Below, piece after piece: positions 50,783-60,559 of a DNA stretch of 64,000 bases. The notes under the pieces are model-generated. The model ran no database searches. It was not told where the DNA came from and saw nothing but the letters and a program-made list of their open reading frames with translations. The position numbers and the translations under genes were made by a program. Within the stretch, counting starts at the first letter, position 1, and the number at the start of each line of letters is the position of its first letter. The stretch comes from Rhynchopus sp. YZ270_cl-10 (taxonomy: Eukaryota). Location of the stretch: contig OZ037839.1 in the NCBI GenBank assembly GCA_964035575.1, forward strand, positions 1,612,001-1,676,000. Direction: 5' to 3'.

Positions 50783-52017
50783 ACAGGAGTAGGACAAGCT
50801 GGATGAACAGAGGGGTTTGGGGGGTTTGGTGTTTTGTGTGAAGAACACTTCGGTTAAAATATCAACTTCATATTTGGATTCACTTTTGAGCTGGGGTGGA
50901 ATATTTGGCAGGTTTGGTGCACAACTCTGACAAGACGGAGTGTCCCACCACTTTTTGTGAACAACGTGTCTGCCCAGGGTCTTTTCTACCACACATAGTT
51001 AAGTGAAAAACAAACAAGAAAGCTATTTTGTTGTATCTTGCCTCCCTCCTCCTCCTTCTCAACACTTACCCCAAAACAGAGCAACACTTCACTCGAAACA
51101 ATGGAACTGTGTGTGCAGGGATATGATGATGACACCAAATTCGTGATTGAGGTGGGTGAGAAGGACACAACGGAGACGATGCGGCAGAAGGTGGCGTCTG
51201 CAACAGGGTTGTGCGAAGACAGCTTCCGCATGGGCTTCGGAGGGAAGGAGGAAGGAGAGGACATCACAGAACTGAGTGCTGGAGACACAGTCGTGTTGAC
51301 GAAAAATACTAAGTACCAATCTGTTGAGGAACTTCGTGCCTTGGGTGAGACAGACATTTCCGAAGCGAGGTTGGCGACTCCCGACGGCGGACCGCCCCCC
51401 ATAGCACATTTTTGCGGTGCACGGGCGTACGGGATTACTAGGGGATGGCTAGCTACCATGAACCCCTGTCCAAAGTATTAATATTTCTCGAAAATTCTCT
51501 AAGTACGCAGAAAACACACGGGTGTGCCCCAAAACACATTTTTTCCAGTGTCCCGCAGTGTCCCACCACTTTTTTTCGCTTTTGGTGGGAAAAAAAATAC
51601 AAAAAAAAATACATGGTTCTGTAGGGGCCGAGTACAATGGCGTTTTTCACGTGATTTTCATGATTTTTCAAAGTGGCCAAATATCATGTAAAATACTGCC
51701 TCCCACCCAACATTCTCTCCACAACGTCGTTCTGACACCCATATGTCCAAACAAAAGATGTTTTTATATATTTTTTTCCACACCCAGCGTATCATAAAAA
51801 TGCACATATCCACCAAAATCCACTAACCCACCGCAGGCAAATTTCTTAACGATGTGTACTTCTGAATTGATGCTGAGGGATTATGCGGCACCCGCTGCGT
51901 AGTTCTGTGGGGTAAAACGCCACCTGGGGTCACAAGCCCCAGCTCCTACCTTTACAGGTAGGAGAGCTGTTGAGTGACCCATCGGACAATCGTTTGAGGG
52001 GTCTTGGTGAAGAATTT

Positions 52018-54803
52018 CGAAAATTGATAAAAACGAATAAGCGTCTCACAATTGAACCCAGATTCTGCTCCAGATGTGATGTCTTGGTCTGTTTCTGCCT
52101 GAATTGTGTAAGGGGGCCCGATTTTGTTGCGGAAAATTACGAAAATTATTGAAAACCAATAAGCGCCTCACAATTGAACCCAGATTCTGCTCCAGATGCG
52201 ATGTTTTGGTCTGTTTCTGCCTGAATTGTGTAAGGGGGCCCGATTTTGTTGCGATAAATTACGAAAATTGATGAAAACAAATATGCGTCTCACAATTGAA
52301 CCCAGATTCTGCTCCATATGCGATGTTTTGATGTGTTTCGACCTGAATTGTGTGAGGGGGCCCGATTTTGTTGCGGAAAATTACGAAAATTGATGAAAAC
52401 TAATATGCGTCTCACAATTGAACCCAGATTCTGCTCCAGATACGATGTTTTGATGTGTTTCTGCCTGAATTGTGTAAGGGGGCCCGATTTTGTTGCGGAA
52501 AATTACGAAAATTATTGAAAACCAATAAGCGCCTCACAATTGAACCCAGATTCTGCTCCAGATGTGATGTCTTGGTCTGTTTCTGCCTGAATTGTGTAAG
52601 GGGGCCCGATTTTGTTGCGGAAAATTACGAAAATTATTGAAAACCAATAAGCGCCTCACAATTGAACCCAGATTCTGCTCCAGATGCGATGTTTTGGTCT
52701 GTTTCTGCCTGAATTGTGTAAGGGGGCCCGATTTTGTTGCGATAAATTACGAAAATTGATGAAAACAAATATGCGTCTCACAATTGAACCCAGATTCTGC
52801 TCCATATGCGATGTTTTGATGTGTTTCGACCTGAATTGTGTGAGGGGGCCCGATTTTGTTGCGGAAAATTACGAAAATTGATGAAAACAAATATGCGTCT
52901 CACAATTGAACCCAGATTCTGCTCCAGATGCGATGTTTTGATGTGTTTCTGCCTGAATTGTGTAAGGGGCCCCGATTTTGTTGCGGAAAATTACGAAAAT
53001 TATTGAAAACCAATAAGCGCCTCACAATTGAACCCAGATTCTGCTCCAGATACGATGTTTTGATGTGTTTCTGCCTGAATTGTGTAAGGGGGCCCGATTT
53101 TGTTGCGGAAAATTACGAAAATTGATGAAAACTAATATGCGTCTCACAATTGAACCCAGATTCTGCTCCAGATTCGATGTTTTGATGTGTTTCTGCCTGA
53201 ATTGTGTAAGGGGGCCCGATTTTGTTGCGGAAAATTACGAAAATTATTGAAAACAAATATGCGTCTCACAATTGAACCCAGATTCTGCTCCATATGCGAT
53301 GTTTTGATGTGTTTCGACCTGAATTGTGTGAGGGGGCCCGATTTTGTTGCGGAAAATTACGAAAATTATTGAAAACCAATAAGCGCCTCACAATTGAACC
53401 CAGATTCTGCTCCAGATACGATGTTTTGGTTTGTTTCTGCCTGAATTGTGTAAGGGGGCCCGATTTTGTTGCGGAAAATTACGAAAATTATTGAAAACCA
53501 CTAAGCGCCTCACAATTGAACCCAGATTCTGCTCCAGATACGATGTTTTGATGTGTTTCTGCCTGAATTGTGTAAGGGGGCCCGATTTTGTTGCGGAAAA
53601 TTACGAAAATTATTGAAAACCAATAAGCGCCTCACAATTGAACCCAGATTCTGCTCCAGATGCGATGTTTTGATGTGTTTCTGCCTGAATTGTGTAAGGG
53701 GGCCCGATTTTGTTGCGGAAAATTACGAAAATTATTGAAAACCAATAAGCGCCTCACAATTGAACCCAGATTCTGCTCCAGATACGATGTTTTGATGTGT
53801 TTCTGCCTGAATTGTGTAAGGGGGCCCGATTTTGTTGCGGAAAATTACGAAAATTATTGAAAACCAGTAAGCGCCTCACAATTGAACCCAGATTCTGCTC
53901 CAGATGCGATGTTTTGGTTTGTTTCTGCCTGAATTGTGTAAGGGGGCCCGATTTTGTTGCGGAAAATTACGAAAATTGATGAAAACAAATATGCGTCTCA
54001 CAATTGAACCCAGATTCTGCTCCAGATGCGATGTTTTGATGTGTTTCTGCCTGAATTGTGTAAGGGGGCCCGATTTTGTTGCGGAAAATTACGAAAATTA
54101 TTGAAAACCAATAAGCGCCTCACAATTGAACCCAGATTCTGCTCCAGATACGATGTTTTGATGTGTTTCTGCCTGAATTGTGTGAGGGGGCCCGATTTTG
54201 TTGCGGAAAATTACGAAAATTGATGAAAACAAATATGCGTCTCACAATTGAACCCAGATTCTGCTCCAGATGCGATGTTTTGATGTGTTTCTGCCTGAAT
54301 TGTGTGAGGGGGCCCGATTTTGTTGCGGAAAATTACGAAAATTATTGAAAACCAATAAGCGCCTCACAATTGAACCCAGATTCTGCTCCAGATGCGATGT
54401 TTTGGTCTGTTTCTGCCTGAATTGTGTGAGGGGGCCCGATTTTGTTGCTGAAGATTACGAAAATTGATTCTAACCAATAAGCGTCTCACAATTGAACCCA
54501 GATTCTGCTCCAGATATGATGTGTTGATGTGTTGCGACCTGAATTGTGTGAAGGGACCTGATTCTGTTCCTGCAGAATGTGACAATTCACGAAAACCAAT
54601 AATCGTCTCACAATTGAACCCAGATTCTGCTCCAGATGCGATGTTTTGGTCTGTTTCTGCCTGAATTGTGTGAGGGGGCCCGATTTTGTTGCTGAAGATT
54701 ACGAAAATTGATTCTAACCAATAAGCGTCTCACAATTGAACCCAGATTCTGCTCCAGATATGATGTTTTGGTCTGTTTCGATCTGATTTGTGTGATGGGG
54801 CCG
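52018..54803. repeat. 122-bp tandem repeat, ~23 diverged copies, inside the TIR element
   Basis: CTCACAATTGAACCCAGATTCTGCTCC at 52045, 52167 and onward. A 488-bp (4-unit) higher-order duplication is visible (52196 vs 52684). Confidence 0.97.
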
Positions 54804-54889
54804 GCTCAATATCTGATTATGTTACAGATATAATTGAACTTAGTGTGTGTCGTTATTTTTTAATTTTACTTTGTTACTGGGGGGGGGGC

Positions 54890-54940
54890 GAATAAGAGAT
54901 CAGGGGTGAATAAGAGATCAGGGCCGAATAAGAGATCAGG
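54890..54940. repeat. Three 15-bp direct repeats GAATAAGAGATCAGG at 18-bp spacing
   Basis: 54890-54904, 54908-54922 and 54926-54940. Confidence 0.9.
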
Positions 54941-55094
54941 TTGAGATTTTGGGGGTATTTTCAACTTACCTTCCTTCACCCCCCCCTGTAAGGGCAACCG
55001 TAGGTGAAGTAAGGTATAGTATTGAAATCGATGTGGGGGGGGAGTAAAGGGTCAATTTTACAAAACCAGATTTTGAGGAAAATTTTAGCCGAAA

Positions 55095-55797
55095 ATGGGC
55101 CCCACGTATAAGCAACCGGGCTCATATTTCTCAAAATTTAAGTGGTCAAAAAATTGTCCAATTTTCGAGATTGACCCCACCACTGCACGGGACCCAAACA
55201 CTGAGACGACCGGATTTGTGGTGAAGGACACGGACAGGGCTGAGAAGCGTTTCGGCCTGTTGGACGACGCCATCGACCACGCCACCAGAGGGCAACCATT
55301 TTCCTGGGAAGCTCCGCTGGTACTTGCCGTGAAGCGGGGAAACTTCAAGGGAAGGTTCCACACTGCTGCCACCCTGCAGGTGTACGCCATCCGGAAGGTG
55401 AACCGCAGAGTGACGGACGCTGTGCTGGCGGATGAGGCACGTGCTTGGGCAGCCCGTTGCTTGGAGACGTTGACGGAGACGCTGAATGCAGAGATTCAGC
55501 ACGTGATGAATGCGGCACGTGAGGCTGTGAGTATCCGTGTTGATGAACTTCGGGACTACCTGTGGCAGCGGAGGCGAACGCCGCACGTTGTGTCTTCCTT
55601 GTGTGACTTGGTGCGCAGGGGCATGGGTAGTGCTGTGCAGTGTGCGAAGCTGCGCGGTGGCAGCGACACAGTCCTGAGGAATTTGCTGGAGGACACAGTG
55701 GGTGCTACGAACGAACGCACGAACGACATGTCTGAGTCTGAAGATGACCGATCAGGAGCGGTGAGCTGCGAATTGTTCCCTGTGTCGGAGCCACCAC

Positions 55798-55829
<32 letters not shown>

Positions 55830-57284
55830 GCACCACCACCAGTACCAGCAGAAAGTCCGAGGAAGCGGAGGAGAGCTGGGACTGATGCATCCCAGAATGT
55901 TGCAAAGAAGCGTAAGCCTGCACCGAAGAACGGTCAGCAGCAACAGAAGCAGCAGCCACCACAGAAGAAACAGAAGCCACAGAAGCCACAGCAGAAGCCA
56001 CAGCAACCACAGCAGCCACAACAGCCACAGCAGAAGCCACAGCAACCACAACAGCCACAGCAGAAGCCACAGCAACCACAGCAGCCACAACAGCCACAGC
56101 AGAAGCCACAGCAACCACAGCAGCCACAACAGCCACAGCAGAAGCCACAGCAACCACAACAGCCACAGCAGAAGCCACAGCAACCACAGCAGCCACAACA
56201 GCCACAGCAGAAGCCACAGCAACCACAGCAGCAGCAGAACCCACACCAGCCAGGCGTTGGGGAGGCGGAGGAGATGGAGCAATTGCAGGCTGCCCTTGAT
56301 GCAACCCTCCACCAGCCTCCACCAGTGCCGAGGGGGTTCCATAACTTCGGCGTGACGTGTTTCATCAACTCTGTTTTACAGTGTTTAGTGTACACGGACT
56401 CGTTTGTGAAGTCCCTCTCGAATGCTGGCCCTTTTTCGAGGGCGATACGCGAAGTGGTGGCTCAGTCAGTGGCTGCCGATGCACAAGATGTGATCCGCCC
56501 TACGAGCATACGCGACGCATTAAATGTGAAGGAGCCTGGGTTCACGTATACGCAGCAAGACTGCCACGAGTTTTTTCTTGTGCTGACGGACGCCCTCGAG
56601 GTGGAGGCAAGACGTGGGAAAGTTAAACATCCCACCAACGAAGTGCTGGATCATGAGACTTTGTCTGTGGCCTCGGCACGAGTAGTGAACTCTTACCTCG
56701 AGAGTTCTAATTGTCCAGCAATGGGTTTTCTTTATCTACAGTATGTCCAGACAGCCACTTGTTTTGGCTGTGACACTAAGTGCCTCACCGTCACCCCCTC
56801 ACACAATATGATATTGCACTTCCCCACGCGGGACACCGGTTCATTGCCAGTGGCATTGGGTGCGTTACTTCAGCACCTCTCTAGGGTGGAAGAAATGCAC
56901 GCAGAGCAGGAGTACAAGTGCCTGACCTGCCACCCGCAGACCTTCGCAGCCAGAATGGTGACACGTGTGATGCGGCTGCCAAATGTTTTGGCAATGCAAT
57001 TGGCGAGGTTTCACGACCCGCTCAATAAGATCGAGACGATCGTTGAACTTCCGCATGAGTTGGACATGGCACCATACGTGCACTCTGACTCTCTAGAGGT
57101 GCAACTTCGGTATGACCTGTATGGTGTTGTCTGTCACCACGGACACAGGATGGGGCACGGCCACTACAGTGCATACGTGAAGTCAGAGGGTACGTGGTAT
57201 CATTGCAATGATTCAAGTGTGACAAAGAACCCGAGGCTTCTCTTTTCAGAGGCATACCTTCTTTTTTATCATCGTCGGGGGTGA
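55095..57284 (+). CDS. Ubiquitin-specific protease (USP, peptidase C19) with basic NLS-like motif and Q/P-rich linker; true start uncertain
   Basis: Cys box GFHNFGVTCFINSVLQCL, QQDCHEF, Zn-ribbon CFGC/CLTC, His box YDLYGVVCHHG..GHYSAYVK, WYHCNDSSV and AYLLFY. PRKRRR/AKKRK basic motif. The first ~28 codons overlap an AT-rich inverted repeat and may be non-coding. Confidence 0.88.
55935..56238 (+). repeat. Coding low-complexity repeat (PQQ/PQQK)n within the USP ORF
   Basis: CCACAGCAG/CAA/AAG 9-12-nt units. Confidence 0.9.
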
Positions 57285-60200
57285 TTCTTTTTGGTGCATC
57301 GAGACGTTACGTGTTCTTTATAAGATTGTCTGATGGAGGCAGTATCGGCGACAGTGGGGGAAATAGAGGGGGGTATGAGTTCAGAGAGACTGGGGTTATT
57401 GTCTCAGGACCGAGTCAGGTAGTTGAACTTCATCCTTTTTTAAATAGTGTGGATCTTTGCAGTCGTCGGTTATGTCTGAAAATTCTTAAGTCCACTTTGT
57501 GAGGGCCTTTCATTAACATTAAAGGCCACTTTTGTTTTTTTTTTTCACGAATTGTTTCTCTCTCGCCTTGTCTTCATTTCAAGTTATGCCACACCCCTCT
57601 CAGCAGCCTGCTGATCAGAGTAAATGTTAAAGTATCAGCCTTTCTAGGTGTTCTTGAGTGAACAATGCAAGCTTCCTCTCCAAAGCTTTTCTGTTGCGAT
57701 TCTTTCTATTTGTTCCGATTTAGCCTTTTCACAAGTTGTGTAATATTTGCAAGCACTCTGTTTTGTCAGTTTCTCTTCCTTCTTCGACCAACAAAGATAC
57801 CACACCACCCCAGACCCTTTCCAATTTTTCATTTCCTCTATTCTTCCCATCCAAGCCCTCCCCACACAATTCTGTTCCAGATGTAAATCTTGCCATAATT
57901 AAACCATTTCTGTAATCTGTGATCGTGCCGCAGGCGCAAGCGGCACTTGAAACATTTGAAACAACATTGTATTGTGCTAATTGGTCGCCACCTGAAGTAT
58001 CCGTAATTGAACTAGTTATCAAATCTGTGGTCAGTCTCATGGACGAATCATTGAATGCTGCATGCGCTGCCGACAATTGAAACGTTTGAAACAATATTGT
58101 ATTGTACCAATTCACGCGAGAGCCCCCAACCCCAAAATTCTGGGAGGAAAAAAAGGGGGAAATAAAAAATAAAAAAAAAATAAAAAAAATGCCGGAAAAC
58201 GCCTAAGTACAAAATAATACTTTGGACAGCTTTTTGTGAAGGAATTACCCTAGCTATCCACCCCCTAGGATTAGTATCTTTTTTTGAGAGAACCCAAGAG
58301 CGGCCAGGTCCTGGACAAGTACGTTGTGCTTTTAGACCTACAAACTGTCTGGGGTGGTGGGACCTCGGGGCGAAGGGTGCTTCCCGGGACCCCAATATCC
58401 TACCACAAGGAGCTCGAGTCGTGCATGGAATGCAGGGTACTCTGAGCCGATTACTTCCACAAAACTCCCAGATCCCAAGACCTCCACGGGGGGCAGGCCT
58501 CCACGGCAACCCGCGACCGCCGACACCTTAGCTCCGTACTGCCTCTGTCTGTAACCTGCCGGTCCCCCACCTACCTACGCTTTTTGTGGTGTCTTTTTAC
58601 GACGGTGGACCAAGGGGCTTTGCAGTGCAGTCAACGCCGACGGAGCGAGACTCGATTGTGACCGGGTGAAAAGGGAACCTTAGCCAGCGCTAACCAGCGG
58701 CAGTTTTGACTCAGGGAAGGAGTTTCTCACCGCAGACTGGCGACACACCCCCACTTTTTCGGGGTGGCTGCATTCCTCTTCGGAACGGGGTGTTCCATCC
58801 TATTTTTAAAAACGTTTATCGAAGCGAGGTTGGCGACTGTGAGGGATCCTGAGGTGGCTTCTCTGCTTCTTCAGGCGGAGGTTGCGACTGTTATTCCGAA
58901 CTGGTTCTTGAGCGGAGCATCGTTTACGAGACTTGATCTCTCTGCTGTGTCTGGTGTGACACGAATTGAGCACAACTTCCTCTACGGGTGTGCGTCGGTG
59001 GAAACTGTTGACTTGTCGGGATTGTGCAACGTTACGCACATCGGGAGTTGCGTTCTCTCTTACAGCACCTCGTTGACAAGTCTTGACATCTCAGGATGGC
59101 GCAGAGTCACGCACATTGAGAACAACTTCCTCCAGAACTGGACCTCGTTGGCAACCATTGATTTATCAGCTTTTTGCAGTGTCACGAAGATCGGCACCGC
59201 CTTTCTCGTCAACTGCAAGTCGTTGACCACCATCAGCTTTTCAGGGATGACGAATGTGATGGAAATTGAGGACAACTTTTGTTCATGCTGCACCTCGTTG
59301 GAAACGATTGACTTGACAGCACTGCACAGGGTTGTGAAGGTGGGGTACGGCTTTCTTACGAGGTGCAGATCGCTGGGAAGTATCGACCTTTCAGCTTTCG
59401 GCAGTGTCGCTGTCATTGGGTTCAACTTTTTCAGTGCTCATCATTGAAAACAGTTGATTTATCAGTGTTGCGCAGCATCAAGTGCATTGAGCGAAACTGG
59501 ATGCACGGGTGCTCCGCGTTGACAACAGCAGACTTATCAGGACTGAGCAATGTTGAGAACATTGCGACACGTTTCCTGGATGCGTGCACATCCTTGACCA
59601 CGCTGGACATGTCAGGTATAGGCTGTGACACAAGGATCGGCGACGACTTCCTGCTCGACTGCAACGCACTCATAAGAGTAGTATTGCCAGGCAACATCGA
59701 CATTGACGAGATGTTGTCTCTCCCGATTGAAGACGATGATACGAGTGAAGAAAGCATTGCCAGAAGCGAGGCCTTCTATGTACGTGTGCGTGAGATTTAC
59801 GCAAGGTTTACGGAACAGTTCGAAGATGTGCGGATAGAAGCTTTTGAGGCAGTACGAACAGACGTGTCTGGAAGTGCAAGACAATGTATTGCATTGAAAG
59901 CAGGACAAGAGAGAGAAGGGATTGATGCAAGCACAAGAGGACAAAGAAGAGGAACAAAAAGAGGATTTGGAGAGTTGGGGGCAGCATAAACAGGAGCAGG
60001 ACAAGCTGGATGAACAGAGGGGTTTGGGGGGTTTGGTGATTTGTGTGAGTTGTTTTTTTTACAAGACATGTGTGCATTTCTAGTGGTTCAAACCAGTACG
60101 AACATTACTTCAACACACAAAGTATTATTGTTATCCACAACAACCGTAGTTGGGTTGTGAGGACGTGGCACATGGTGTGCACACCACGCTGCGCATATGC

Positions 60201-60339
60201 GACGGCGCTGTTATTGTCGTGAGCGTGGGTGATGGGGACAGCACCTCAAACCACACCCCCTCATGCGAAGCTGTCTCCACAGACAGGCTCTCAGGCGACG
60301 CCCTCCCCACACAGACCGCGACACTCCTGCGCAGTGTCT

Positions 60340-60440
60340 GAAGTATTGACGTGTCCGGGTTCACTGGCGTGACGGTGATAGGGGAGTCGTTCCTCGTCAC
60401 AGATCTTGACTTGTCCGTGACGTCTTAGCAGAAGGTGGGT
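60340..60440 (+). pseudogene. Degenerate LRR remnant
   Basis: ATTGACGTGTCCGGGTTCACTGGCGTGACGGTGATAGGGGAGTCGTTCCTC matches LRR3-4 of the paralogues, with deletions. Confidence 0.65.
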
Positions 60441-60559
60441 CTCTGGCCTACGAGCGGTTGTGCACCGCCCCCCATTCCCACTACGGTGCAAAACCATGTT
60501 TTCCTCAACTCATTTCCCACCACCACTTCCCGCAGGCAGTGCTCTCTTTCTCGTACCCA

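Larger units (their letters stand above)
51438..58268. mobile_element. 6831-bp non-autonomous TIR DNA transposon with cargo, superfamily unassigned
   Basis: TSD GATTA at 51433-51437 and 58269-58273. Outer IR CTAGGGGATGGCTAGCTA (51438-51455) matches 58251-58268 at 16/18. Inner IR CTGTCCAAAGTATTA (51466-51480) matches 58215-58229 at 15/15. Confidence 0.75.
51380..58819 (+). mobile_element. ~0.6-kb SINE-like (ingi/RIME/SIDER-like) retroposon: 51380-51437 plus 58274-58819, interrupted by a nested TIR element
   Basis: 19-bp direct repeat CGAAGCGAGGTTGGCGACT at 51361-51379 and 58820-58838 (single copy in intact genes). No TIR and no ORF. The reconstituted 5' end CCCG...CGGG ATTAGTA-hairpin-GAACCCAAGAGCGG resembles the trypanosomatid Pr77 signature as recalled. 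Confidence 0.6.
51101..59989 (+). pseudogene. Ubl + LRR copy H, split by a 7.44-kb nested insertion (5' part 51101-51379, 3' part 58820-59989) and frameshifted near 59430
   Basis: Homology stops at ...EARLAT (51379) and resumes at EARLATVRDPEV (58820). LRR3/5 are fused. AACTTTTTCAG at ~59424 lacks 4 nt relative to the paralogue AACTTTCTTTTTCAG. Confidence 0.85.

Noticed and set aside
51970..54664. Cys-rich 60-66-aa ORFs in the 122-bp array
   Set aside because: The unit length is not a multiple of 3, so frames rotate and stop every ~1.5 units. This is a non-coding tandem repeat.
57947..58105. Two 29-bp repeats containing TTGAAAC, CRISPR-like
   Set aside because: Only two copies 130 bp apart, no cas genes and a eukaryotic context. 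More likely subterminal repeats of the TIR element.
51361..58838. Single 7.4-kb integrative element with a 19-bp att site
   Set aside because: No recombinase is present. The internal TIR pair with its own TSD, and the signature restored on its removal, favour two nested insertions.
35913..59989. Diversity-generating retroelement explanation for LRR hypervariability
   Set aside because: No reverse transcriptase or template repeat in the window, and substitutions are not adenine-specific (e.g. ACCTCG, AACTGG, TACGAG at the same two codons).
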